Assembly: GCF_006345805.1 (NCBI RefSeq) | Contig: NC_042998.1 | Coordinates: 174,096,001 to 174,160,000 of the forward strand | DNA from: Octopus sinensis | Taxonomy: Eukaryota | Length of the DNA: 64,000 bases | Direction: 5' to 3' | Shown: in pieces, positions 12,925-25,185 of the stretch | Numbering within the stretch: the stretch's first letter is position 1 | Layout: every line of letters starts with the position of its first letter | The notes under the pieces: generated by a model | Seen by the model: only the letters and a program-made list of their open reading frames with translations | Databases searched by the model: none | Told to the model about the DNA's origin: nothing | Made by a program: the position numbers and the translations under genes

Positions 12925-13515
12925 TTCATGTCAGAAAATACAGCAAATCTGGACTCACTGGATGCTAGTGCCCTCTCCACCATCTCACTGGCCCAATCTT
13001 TTCGCCGTTTTATATTGGTTGGTCGAAGAAGTGGCTTCCTTTTTGCTCTGTCATAGTAATCAAGTTCGTGGAGATACCTGATAGCTGTTCTGTGACTGAT
13101 ACTAACTTGTCCTGCTATATCAGAGGCCTTGCAACGAGGATTATCCTCCACACTTCTCTTAACAAAGAAAGGGTCCTGTCAGAGGGCCCTGGTCAACATG
13201 GTCGAGGTGATGTGAATTCTTCCTCTCTCTCTCTAGTGCACAATCACTCCATTAATTGTAGAAAGCAAGTCCCAACGTTTTCTGAAATTTTGCGCTAAAA
13301 ATACCTTCAGAATGACCTACAATATGGCCTCTTTGAAATTCAGACAGTTCCAAGGCTTGTTTATTACATGGCAGGATAAAACAGTCAGATATAGAACCTG
13401 AAACATAAAAATGTCAAATAATAAAAAATATAAACCTTTGCAAGTTAGAATAAACGTAAAACGATGTTTTATGGGATGTCTATTTACTTCTGTTACGTTT
13501 GTGAGTATACAGTCT
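12925..13515 (-). mobile_element. Tc1-like transposon relic (N-terminal transposase)
   Basis: EDNPRCKASDIAGQVSISHRTAIRYLHELDYYDRAKRKPLLRPTNIKRRKDWA...SESRF matches the Tc1 HTH, RKPLL and (D)ESRF motifs. Confidence 0.8.
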
Positions 13516-13522
13516 GTCAATT

Positions 13523-13568
<46 letters not shown>

Positions 13569-14099
13569 AAAATTGAGGGAATGGAGCAGGTAAAATGCAA
13601 GCCATACATATCTTTCCTAACTCGTAGAACCTCGGAAATAGTAATTACTCAACGAGTGGTACTCTACTATCTATTCATCAGGACGATTATAACTTAGTTA
13701 AATAAAGTTTACATTGTCGTCAAGGAATCCAAAGTTAACACGCAGGAGATGTGATTTGAAATTTTATTCACATTTATATCAACCTTAAATGCTAATTGTG
13801 AACTATGAAATAACTTTTTGCAGCTTATCGAACTTCGATATGGAAAACCTACAATCTTCTATGCCAAAACTATTGTTCCTGAAAGTTGGTTTTTATAACT
13901 AATATGGACTGGTCGAAGGTTACTAGCTCCCTACACATAGATTCTTAGATCTTACAATTACATATTATTATATTATGTAAGCGCCTAACCAGATTCAAAT
14001 GGCCGTAGGCACATAATCACAGTTACTTGAGTCTGATGGGTTGACTATACAGCAAAGAACTTTATAGGTGCAAAACCAATGGCCATTCAGTGACCGACC

Positions 14100-14575
14100 A
14101 TAACAATCATCTTCCTAAAAATATATTACTGCTCTAATAGGCTAGAAATTGGGGCTCATGAAGTTGTAGAAATTCTCCGACATACTCATCTCGCTCTTTC
14201 TGAAGATATGGCAAGGAACTGAACCCTGCTGCTATACGTATGGCCTCTCCAGCAATGCTTTGACCACAGTCTCCAGGAGCTTCATTGGGCCGTCTGAATT
14301 GAGCTTGGCGTCTTGTTTATCGGATGTTGGATAAACACCAGCGTGCAGACGCAGTCAGATGTTGGCATTTTGATACCAGCCAGGGATCAACATGGTACAA
14401 GTTACTCTTTTCCTGTATTCAGAAAGCTTCCAGTCCTCCATGTCAGCTAACTTTCCCTCAACTAGAGCGTAAATTTCTATGCTCCTCAACGTCGTTCATT
14501 GTTGACCAATGTATCAAGCTATTCCTGAAAAAAGAAATAAAGATAAAATTGTCATATTTAACCTGAATACCCTTA
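14100..14575 (-). mobile_element. Internally deleted maT/DD37D-like (Tc1/mariner) relic
   Basis: Minus-strand LLETVVKALLERPYV*QQGSVPCHIFRKSEMSMSENFYNFMSPNF*P resembles the (W)QQDSAPCH...WPP region. The end GGTATTCAGGTTAAAT resembles the other maT termini in the window. Confidence 0.6.
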
Positions 14576-14875
14576 GTTACGTAGGTAGATAGATAGAGAG
14601 AGAGAGAGAGATGAAGAGAGAAAGAAATAAGGAGATAGAGATAGAAAGACAACGACAGATACAGGGATAAAGATAGAGAGAGATGTATGTATATGTACGC
14701 ATGTGTATATATGTTAGTGTGTATATGTGTGTATGTGTGTGAGTGTTTGTGTGTGTGTGTGAGTGTGTGTGCGCGCACACACAAATCCATCGATAGATCG
14801 AGCGATAGATAGATAGATAGAAAACAAACTAAATACACGTAGACAGAAAGGCAGGCAGACAGACAGACAGGTAGG

Positions 14876-14987
<112 letters not shown>

Positions 14988-15523
14988 TAGATAGACAGAC
15001 AGAGAAACATTTAGACAGAAAGACAAGTATATATACAGATAGACAGATAGCTAGCTTGCTAGATGGATGGATGGATGGATGGATCTTGGTCTGCTGTTTC
15101 GAAGTGAGAGAGTGAGTGAGTTAGGATGAAAAGAAATTAGCTAGAAATTAGAAAGCTAAATATGTAAGTAGGTAGGTAAGACCGACGAGGTAAAATAAAA
15201 TCATATGTAAAAGAAACGAAATAACAGGGAGAGGAAGAATGACTGAGAGAGAGGGAGAAAGAGAGAGAGCGACAGAGAGAAATGGAGATGACAATATAAC
15301 TAACATTAATTTATATATCTATTAGAAATTCTGTAATCATATTATGTCCCTACATAACTCGAAATAGAAACATGAAAATTATGATTGTAATCTAACGATA
15401 GTTTTGTGGCTTCTAATACATGTCATTTTCCCTGTTTCTCACTTCCTCTCTCTTTCGGTCTCTCTCTCATGCTCTCTCTCTCTCCTTCTCTTCCCCTCAA
15501 TCTCTCTCCCTCTCTCTTAATCG

Positions 15524-15562
<39 letters not shown>

Positions 15563-15565
<3 letters not shown>

Positions 15566-15802
15566 CAAGTAAAGTTAATCGCCACATCAATGTGGGTTTC
15601 CATGTTACTACTAGTTTAACCTGTGATCCTTGGTCGCAATCTTGTCGTTTGCTGGGGGACAGCAGGGGTTCGCTCCCCTGCTGGCAATATATGTTCATGG
15701 TGCAGTGCTACACCAATGACCAACTGGCGGACAACCTTCTTGGGGTTAAACAAGTAGTAATATGGAACAACCACTTTGATGTAGCGATTAACTTTACTTG
15801 TT
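15563..15802. mobile_element. Fold-back MITE with ~60-bp imperfect TIRs
   Basis: agcaagtaaagttaatcgccacatcaa...tttaacc is the reverse complement of ggttaaacaagtagtaat...gcgattaactttacttgtt. Internal GC-rich hairpin cagcagggg/cccctgctg. Confidence 0.75.
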
Positions 15803-15886
15803 AGTATAATTACTACTCTTATCTCTTAATGAGATTTTACAACTAACTATTTTGGTTAGGGATGATTCACAGTCATATGTTTTATA

Positions 15887-15971
15887 GGCGCAGGCATGGT
15901 TGTGTAATAAGAAGCTTGCTTCCCAACCACATGGTTCCGGATTCAATCCCAATACGTAGCACCTTGGGCAA

Positions 15972-15974
<3 letters not shown>
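15887..15974 (+). mobile_element. tRNA-derived SINE head (octopus OR-like family), 5' part only
   Basis: ggcgcaggcatggttgtgtaataagaagcttgcttcccaaccacatggttccggattcaatccc..., the same family as 31689. Confidence 0.8.
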
Positions 15975-16010
<36 letters not shown>

Positions 16011-16017
16011 CATGCAC

Positions 16018-16082
<65 letters not shown>

Positions 16083-16085
<3 letters not shown>

Positions 16086-17332
16086 GCTGTAACAGGTAAA
16101 TTAAATTAAATCTTGGTATAATTTAGAAAACTCAAAAACACTACAAGTTTTATGTTTATACCAATTTATTGTGGAGAGTTTAGCAATTTGTTCAATGTGA
16201 CCGTCATTTGCTTTCTTTACCAATTCAATCCGTTTACGAAATGATGCTCGTGTCTTAACTATTTCTTCCTTTTTCATTTTACCGAATTCTCGCTTGATCG
16301 AATGCTTCAGTGAAAACACACAGTTGTGAGAAGTTGCGTTGGACATTGCTTCAGCTGCACCCCATAACCAAAACTCACAAAGATCCAAATCTGGCGAGCT
16401 AGATGGACTGATACATTTAAGAATAAACTTGGTCAAATCCTTCTTCAAAATATCTTGCACTTTTTTCTGAGGAATAGGCGGGCGCAGAGTTCTGTACAAA
16501 CATGACTCAATTGGCATCCATAAATCTGCCCAATCCAAAGCAAAAAAACTTCTAAGATTTTCATATACTCTCCTATTTTGATTTGAAGAACTGTTTTAAT
16601 AAAATTCAAAGGCATCAATTACCCATCACTTGTAAAGCTCCAAAGACCCTAATAGAAGCCGGATTCTTGCTATGCATAGCTGAAGGACCTTGGAAAGGTT
16701 CATACGTTATTACTCATGAGTTTTGACGATTTGAACTTCTACCATGAACTTTCAATCTACGAAGTTGCGAACATCTCCGCCAAGATGTTTCAGATGGCTA
16801 AGAAGTTTGGGACTTCTTTCAGCTCGAATGGCTTTGGAGCAGACAGTTAGGACGTTACAGTGTCACTCAAGTACGATTTCACATGGAGGTCTTGTCCCAC
16901 ATCCCTAGAAATAGTCGTTTTACTGATATCTCGATCTTGAGCCAACTTCGCAACCGATTTTGATGGGTTTGACTCAATCTATCTTTCAAGTCCTGTTAAG
17001 AAGCGAATTGTGCATTATTGGTCACTAGATGTACTGTGAGGCTTTCTCTGAACATCCTGATTTTATTTCAAATTGGCTACAACTCTAAAAACAATAGATT
17101 TGGCATACTTTGTGGCTCTAATAATCTTCCCAACACTTTTGCCGGCTCGGAATAATTCGGCAGTTACTCTTCTACGGTCTAATTCTTTATTAATAGATTG
17201 TTCAATCTGAAATACAAAATACCACAAGTGATTATTCAAGCTGGCAATATTTAAAATTTAAGCACCAATAAAATCTATATAAGTAGAAATATACTCTTTT
17301 GAAATTTGTTCCAATTTACCTGTTATACCCAT
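16083..17332 (-). mobile_element. maT/DD37D-like Tc1/mariner element with TIRs, transposase pseudogene
   Basis: Imperfect TIRs tgggctgtaacaggtaaatt / aatttacctgttataccca. C-terminus SPSSSPDLDLCEFWLWG...NATSHN...FRKRIELVKKANDGHIE and N-terminal RKRVTAELFRAGKS...IESNPSKSVAKLA. Multiple stops and frameshifts. Confidence 0.85.
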
Positions 17333-17446
17333 TCTATATATACATGTGTTGTATGTGTATAAATCCCTTTCTCTAACCTGTTTTCCCTCTTTCCCTGTGT
17401 TCATATGTGTGTGTGTGTGTGTGTGTCTAGAGAGAGAGATGGGGGA

Positions 17447-17880
17447 TAGGTGTGGCTGCGTGGTAAGAAGCTTGTTTCCAACCACATTGTTCCGGTTTCA
17501 ATCCCACTGTGTCCTCCACTATAGCTTCGGGGCGACCAAAACCTTGCAAGTGGAATATGTAGACAGAAACTGAAAAAAGCCCGACACATGTGTGAGTCTG
17601 TTTGTGTCTGTGTGTGAGTTTATGTGCGTGTTTGTATTTATGTAATCGTGTGTGCTCGTGTGCCTTTATGTGCATGCGTTTATCCCTGTTTGTCTCCCAC
17701 CACTGCTGGTGTTGACGCCTTTATATCCCCGAAACTTAGTGCCTTTATATCCCCCAAAAAACGATAGAATAAATACCACACTTAAAATAAGTACTGGCGT
17801 CGATTTGTTTGACAAAACATTCTTCGAGGCGTTGCCCCAGCATAGCCGCAGCCTGATGAATGAGATAAGTAAAAGACAAA
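17447..17880 (+). mobile_element. tRNA-derived SINE (OR-like), diverged full-length
   Basis: Head gtggctgcgtggtaagaagcttg, internal (TG)n tract, and tail ccagcatagccgcag...ataagtaaaaga. Confidence 0.8.
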
Positions 17881-18499
17881 AAAATCTGTGCGTGTATGTG
17901 CGTGCGTGCGTGTGCACGCGTATGTGTATGTGTGTGTATGGGGTGGGGTTGTACGTGTGTAATGTTGCCAGAACTACAAAGCAATACTTAATATATTTCG
18001 TGCAATATTTATTTTTACTTAATCAAGAGAAATTAGGTCTTCATTTAAAGATTTTACGCAATCAGATGGTAGCTTCAACGCTTTCTGCTGCAGCTTACTT
18101 TGTCTTTCTCTGTCTTCCTCTATCTCATTCTCTCAACACGTGCACTCACAAACACACAAACACACATAGACGCACATTCATAGGGTTTCAATACATACAA
18201 GCAAGTCAAAATACAACTTAATTAGTACGAGATTGATAGAATTCTTTTCAAAGCGCTCCGAGAACTGTTTAAAGATCTTGAGCTATGGCAATGGTTTACG
18301 TAAGCGAAATGAAAGGAGACACAGATGCAAGAGTTATTCTATACGAAGTAGAGATGTTAACAACTTATTAAATTACGGATTATTTAGTGTTTCAGCTAGT
18401 TGCTATTTACGTATCATCTCCAAGACTAAGAGACGAACATGATATCTTACATAGCCTGCTTTATATAATGGCAACTTACTAAGCAGCCTCAGGCGACCT

Positions 18500-20190
18500 T
18501 CAATAGAACAAGAGAACTAAGTTGTTAAATAGGATGGACTGTTGTGGTTAACCAGCATTTGAAACCGTCTTAAAAGCTCTTATCTTTTTAATTTTTTCTG
18601 TGTGGTAAGACTCCATATCATCTCTCTTGTATATGCTTTCTTCCAGATTGTTGGTTAATTTGATGTGTTCGGAAATTCGACTCTGCCATCCTTTTCTGTT
18701 CCTTATACCGGGACGTTGACTCATCCGGTGTCGTAGATGGGAGAGCGTCAAATTCCCTCTAGAAAACACCTATACTCTGTAGGTTTCTTAATTCTTTTGA
18801 AAGAATTTTGAAGATCTGTGGACCATTGATCCCCAAGCTATTGAAATTCCCGATCCTCACTTTAGATGAATTGGATGGTGCCTTTTCTATTATGCAAAGA
18901 TGTCCAGAATGGGCATTTGTATAACCTTTGAAACCAAAGTTATGTAACAGCACTAACTTTTCCACATGTAAAATGTTATCTCCCTCGAATCTCCGCTCAA
19001 AGTCGTAATTTTCTTTCCAAGATCTTCCTGTAATTCATCTGATACAGTGTGACAATCGTTTTAGTGTAGTAGCGTTGATTCGCTTAAAAGTGCGCAGTTA
19101 GTTTGACTCTATGCTGTGACAACAGCTAAGGGAAATAGTTCGGACGAGGTGACTAGAACAAAGGTTTTGCACAGGGTCAAATTGTCTTACTCGTCTCTTG
19201 TCTTGAAGGCCTTTAGCCCCCAACTTGCCAATTGTTTACAATTTGTTACCGTCTTGGTAATGTGCACATGACATACTAAAGCATTACACATACTGATCTC
19301 CAAGTCTCTCACGATCTGTCACTCTGAGATTGCAGTGCCTTTGGTCCTGTAAAGGCAAATTGTAGTTCATGTGTGAGCTGATAGCGCACTTCTTGAAATT
19401 TACCAGCATAATGTATATCTTACTTGTGTATTACATAGGTATTACTGCAAGCTTGTGACATCAGCAGAGTACTTTATTGCCTGTGATACTTTTGTGTCAT
19501 CGGGGACTTCATTCGGAATTTGTGTTCCCTACAGAGGGCACCATTGTCTTGAATGCTAAGTGATGTACCCACTCTCCTTCTATATCACTTATGCCAAAAT
19601 CTGGCAGCTTATGACATATCATGCCATGACCCACATTGTAATAGGCCATTACAAAGACAAGATACCTCACATCAACATTTGATTGATCAAGCAGTGGCTT
19701 CAAAAACCTAGTCATAGTGCAGTAAGAACAGTGTGAAGCAGCTTCTTCCCGGACGGAAACCATGCAGAAAATCATTCAATCGGTCATTTTCGTCAGGAGA
19801 CGTTATCAGTTTCCTTCTAGCGATTCGTTGCATGACTTTGCTGATATGCAAAATCAGGGAGATGGGCCTCTCCTTTTAGTTTTATAAGAAGTTTATTACT
19901 TGTAAGGGAAATCTGGAAAGTATCTGAAGTCGTTTGATTAAATTCTGCTTACATGACTTCGGGAGAATAGCTGGAAACCATCGGGATCTTCAACTCAATT
20001 CATCTATGACCACTATGATATCTACCTCCTCAATACAGACGTAATGGATGGCTACCGCCTTCTTCTTATCCTCTGTAATGTCAAAGAACTCAGCCGTGTT
20101 ATTTATTTGCTTGTGTCCCAGTGGGCAGGTGAAGACACTTTTGAATTGTTCACTGAGTATGTTACGTATCCTTTTGAGGTCCACAAATAC
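18500..20190 (-). mobile_element. Highly decayed CR1/L2-like LINE ORF2 (RT and C-terminal region)
   Basis: Minus-strand pieces ILSEQFKSVFT, VDVRYL...VGHGMICHKL...I.G.WV, DDTKVSQAI, VRDLEI, NSLGINGPQIFKILSKELRNL. Many stops. Confidence 0.75.
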
Positions 20191-20318
20191 AAACTATATA
20201 TATATATATGTATATATGTATACATGCAAAACGAGAGGAAACAAAAGGTGGGATCTTTAGATGATGAATTTTTAAGTATAAATATATAGATTTTATACTA
20301 ATAGGGCCAACGTGCACA

Positions 20319-20358
<40 letters not shown>

Positions 20359-20374
20359 TATATATCTAATATAG

Positions 20375-20599
20375 GATAGAATTTTTCGAAGAAAATTCTA
20401 TCAATGGTCAGCATATTAAAAAATACCTTTAAAGGTTAAATTTATAAACAATTTATAAGGGCAAAAGAAAAATTTCTAATGCCAAAATATGCCGAAAATC
20501 GACACTACGTCAATAACGTAGTGTCAATTATTGACGTAGTGTCGATTTTAGGTATATTTTGGCATTGGAATTTTTTCTGTTGCCATTACTTATAAATTG

Positions 20600-20601
<2 letters not shown>
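20375..20601. repeat. Fold-back repeat: ~70-bp inverted arms plus a small adjacent hairpin
   Basis: Arms 20447-20516 and 20528-20601. Separate palindrome gatagaattttt-cgaag-aaaattctatc at 20375-20402. Confidence 0.8.
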
Positions 20602-20663
<62 letters not shown>

Positions 20664-21312
20664 AACTAGGTCATGGGGTATAGGGGAGAAATGACTAGGG
20701 AGAGAATAAAACATTTAGAGAGGTGAGGATGATTTTAAAATATTCATTTACACGTAAAGCTGGAGAGTCATTTCAAAAGACATTTTCCCACAGGAGACAA
20801 ATATGCTGTTGTTGACTATGTGAGGTTAATACAAATCCATATTTGAAATATTCTAAATTTTATTAGTTACTCTTCTTGTTTCTGTGTAACGGCCATATTT
20901 CAGAATAGCAAAAGTACATGACACAATAATGTAGACAAGAATGCAAAGCTAAAATATAAAATAATTAAGAACTAATTAATATTTAGATTTACGTAACAGG
21001 AAATACGATATATAGTCAACTTTTCGTAGTTTCAATTTATACACATTGAATGCATATAAGTATAGGTATTAATCACAAACAAGATACTTATCATGCATGA
21101 AGATGTCTACTTCTTCAAGCCAGTATCAATTTTAAAAACATTTAAAGTGTTTTATAAATCTCTTGAAATTTTTCTTTTTTACTTTTTTGACAAATAACTC
21201 GGATTTCAAAATCAAAACCAGGAGCGTTAATATTCCAAAATTATTTGATTTTAATATAGTTTTGGATAAATTACAGTTAACTAAATCGTGCAAATAAACA
21301 TGTTTTAAATTA

Positions 21313-23402
21313 CACTGGTCAACAAATGAAACTTTTTTAATCATCAGAGTTGCTGATTGACTTTTCTGGGTTAATTTTTGATGCTGATTACGAATCTGAG
21401 GTTCGATTACCTCTACCAGGTCACATTTTCATGTTAATGACACCTGCTGTTTTCACTTATAGGATATGTAGAGCATGTCTATATAAAGGTCTTTTTATTG
21501 TACAAAATTAAAATGATTACGTACAGATAAGTTAGAATACACTCAAATGCATAACAACTTAAAATCTTTGGGATTTTGGACTTTCTATGGTGTTTAGTCT
21601 CAGGTTCATCCCTGTATACCATCCAACAGTAGCCAGCTAACATTCCTGCATTCCAAAATCCTTGATATCGTTGTTCCATCGATGCGATGTCTTGATGAAA
21701 GCTTTCCCCTGGATCATCAGACACTGCTACAAGGTTCTCTGCTAAAGAGTCCAGATGTGAATCAAGGAAATGGACTTTTACTGACATCCAACAGTCCATT
21801 GCAGCGTAGAAGTCTAGAAGATATTTCACTCCATTTCCAAATTCTAGAGATCTCTTGTTGCCTAGGAAATTTTCACAGGCTTTAAGCTCAATTCCATCCA
21901 GTGTTGTGAAGCAGTGGTTGACCTTCAGGAGTTCTTTTATCTGCAGAACTATGAAACTTGCTCTCCTTCAGTTTTGCCTCGGTGATTTCTGAAAATTTGG
22001 CCTTCACATATTCAAAACCTTTCGAGCTTTTCCTGGCAAGTGTCTTCACGAATTGTTTCATGAGGCCAAGCTTTATGTGAAGAGGAGGAAGAAGAATATT
22101 TTCTGGGTTTAAAAGTGGCTTACTCTGGACGCTAGAAACACCTGGCTCATGTGATTTTCACAAAGGCCACTCTGATTGCACATAGTGCTTGTTAGTTGCA
22201 CGACTCTCCCATAGGCATAAAAAGCAATAATATTTGGTGAACGCAGATTGCATTCCCATCAACATTCCAATCATCTTCGAATCTCCACATATTTTCCAGC
22301 TGTAGGTTTTATTCTTTAAAGCATTGAGGAGTACTTGCATGTTTTCATAAAAACTCCTTCATGTGCACTGAATGTCCCATGGGAATGGATGGTTTCTTAT
22401 TACCGTTGTGTAGTACTACTGCCTTGAGGCTTCTCTTAGATGAATCAATGAATATGCGCCATTCAGCTGGAACTTACTCTTGGAACAAACAGCGAAATAA
22501 CTCATCAGTGTTATTACTGAAACAAAGTGGTCCATCAACAGAGAAGCATGAAGTCAGACCCCTATTTCTCTTCCTGAAATGAGTAATACAAACATCTTTC
22601 TTAAGCAGACACTTTTCTTGTAGGCTAATAGTTCAGCTTTATCCTTCGACAATGACAAGTCTCTCGTTAAATCATTTAACTCACCTTGAGAAAATTTCCG
22701 TGGTACGTCTTCATTTTCAATCGTGAAATCTGCACCCACTTCGGTGTCTTCGACAGCAGTAATATTTTCTTCAGGAAATACTTCTTCGTCAGACATCTGA
22801 AGGCCATTTTCTGGTGGTATTGGAATAGGAAGATCATCATCGTTGTGTGGTACTGGTCTTCTTGCTAATTCCAAGTTGGGATACACAATCTTATGCTTGG
22901 TCTTTACAATAAACCCGCATACATTAAAGTTGCAGAAATAACAGCCCATGAAATGATCCTTTGGCTCTCTCCATATAGTTATTGCAAACGGCATTACTCT
23001 CTTCCTCTTATTTAGCCAATCCCTTAGTCCAGTTAAACAAACTGAGCAGGTAACATGCGGGGCCCAACTCTTATGTTGTTCCCCGAGAGTGCAGCCAAAG
23101 TATAACTGGTAGATCTTAATTTCACTTGTGATGGCACGTTACTGAGCTTTGGTGGTAAATGAACCACAGAGATGACAAAATATAGCAGGACTGTTCTTGC
23201 AATACCTTAACATAGTCAGAATTTACCTGTATAAGACTTTTACGTGTAGCGATACTACTGATGGGAGTTATATACCTCTCTTATCTCATCAGAAAAACTG
23301 TCTCGGATAGAAAGAAACCGATTACATTTCTGAAATCTGCGGACAAAACTACATATAAAACGCCATATAATGTCCCTGATGAAAATTGGCTGTTGACCAG
23401 TG
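21313..23402 (-). mobile_element. Chapaev3 (CMC) DNA transposon, both ends intact, transposase pseudogenised
   Basis: Termini CACTGGTCAAC / GTTGACCAGTG with TTA at both 21310-21312 and 23403-23405. Protein from ATG 23213: CKNSPAIFCHLCG...YFGC...WAPH...IWREPKDHFMGCYFC...FSQGELNDLTRDLSLSKDKAELL...WKICGD...TKYYCFLCLWESRA...LPPLHIKLGLMKQFVK...SVKVHFLDSHLD...DDPGESFHQDI..ME.RYQG.WNAGMLAGYCW. Confidence 0.92.
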
Positions 23403-24139
23403 TTATATAAAATAAAATGAACTCTCGAATTACAGCATTATTTATTCAGACGTGAAAAACATTGCAAATTAACTTTCAGAGAAAAATTATATCTATATAA
23501 TCACAACAAATAAATATGAAACGATAGTTGCCGCATATTACATATAACAATCCCCAGTCCCTTCAGCATAATTCAAGCATAGAACTGCAAAATGCTGGTT
23601 CATATGTGTTGCTCTTTAAGCTCTGATAGTAAGGAACTTTTCATATGTAAGAAGCGTCTTTAATTTTATACCATCATACAATACTAAATATATTTTTATA
23701 GAGCATATGATCCAGACATTTGGTAGGCCCAGAAGGGAATTTTTATGGTGAAATTGAGTAATGTTGTAGCTAATTTGCGGTCATTCCTTTAATTGTGCGT
23801 AACAAACCAACCGGGAGTTAATTTAATAAGAAATACTAAATTAAGCTCCTCGTTTTTATTCTAATTGATCACAATGTTGTTCATGTTTATGAGCAATTAA
23901 TATTAAATCATACTTCTGTTGAATTCATTAAGATTTCGAAAAAGGAAAAACGAACACACTTCTAGACAACAAACCAATACAGCAATAAATATTAGATATA
24001 CACTTCAGAGAAAAGAAAGCTTAGAAACAATTTGGAAAACTCTAAATGTGAAGAAGTCATGACATCATGAATGTTAAACTCTAAAATATACAACTCAATA
24101 GAAACAAGAATATGATTATAAATATATTTTTAAGACAAT

Positions 24140-25185
24140 TAATTTGTCATATGTTTGAAACGTTTTTATATCTGTTTATTTATATAGATATATATGATTA
24201 GGTTGTATGAAAATGTGATTCTGTGACAATATGTATGAGTAAGTAATACAGATATATTAGACTAAAATAAGAACATTCCATTACTTTATTTTAAAAAATA
24301 ACCTCTGTTTTCATTTGTTTCATCTTTTGTTTTTAAAGACTATTCGAAATGTAACTTAAATTGGACGAAAATTATTTTAATTAATGATATAGTTATTTAA
24401 CGTTGCTTTTATCTTCATTCTAAAATATTAATTGAAAGAATTATCAATAATTCAATCAACTTAATATATAAAAATCAATACATTTATGTATGTTCCACAT
24501 AGTACGGTTTTTCACCTAGTTATCTAAATTTTTGCATAGCAGCACATCTTTTCAAGAGGAAGATCATGCGTTAAATGGATTTTTCCTATAGCTGAGCAAA
24601 ACTTGAACTAAATAAACTAGGCACAAGGCCCGAAATTTTGGTGGAGGGTGGGCAGTCGATTAGATCGACCCCAGTACGCAACTTGTTCTTAATTTATTGA
24701 TCTCGAAAGGATGAAAGCCAAAGTCGAACTCGGAGGAATTGAGGAATGTATATTACAGAAGGAAATTGCTTTTACAATGAAGAAAGACAAACAGATAAAG
24801 TTTTAGTGAGAGTGGGGAATCAAATACGAACAATTATATTCTACAAATATTGGTATTCCTTACCCGTTTATATACGATATATGTATTATAAATAGAAAGT
24901 CGTTTTAGTACTGGCAAATGTATATTTTCTAAGAACGAAAATTGATTTTTGAATATAAAATCTTCAACATTAGAAGTCCGAATAGTCTTTAAAAACAAGA
25001 AATGAAACAAATGAAAGCACAAGTTATTTTTTAAAAATAAAGTAATGGAATGTCCTTATTTTAGTCTAATATATTGTATTACTTACTCATACATATTGTC
25101 ACAGAATCACATTTTCGTACAACCTAATCATATATATCTATATACATAAACAGATATAAAAACGTTTCAAAGATATGACAAATTA
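24140..25185. repeat. Long inverted repeat, ~207-bp arms separated by ~630 bp
   Basis: 24140-24346 is the near reverse complement of 24979-25185, with scattered mismatches. Confidence 0.9.
24615..24740 (-). mobile_element. Partial Nin-domain SINE inside the inverted-repeat spacer
   Basis: gatcgaccccagtacgcaact...aatttattgatctcgaaaggatgaaagccaaagtcgaactcgg matches the reverse complement of the 45887 SINE core. Confidence 0.75.
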
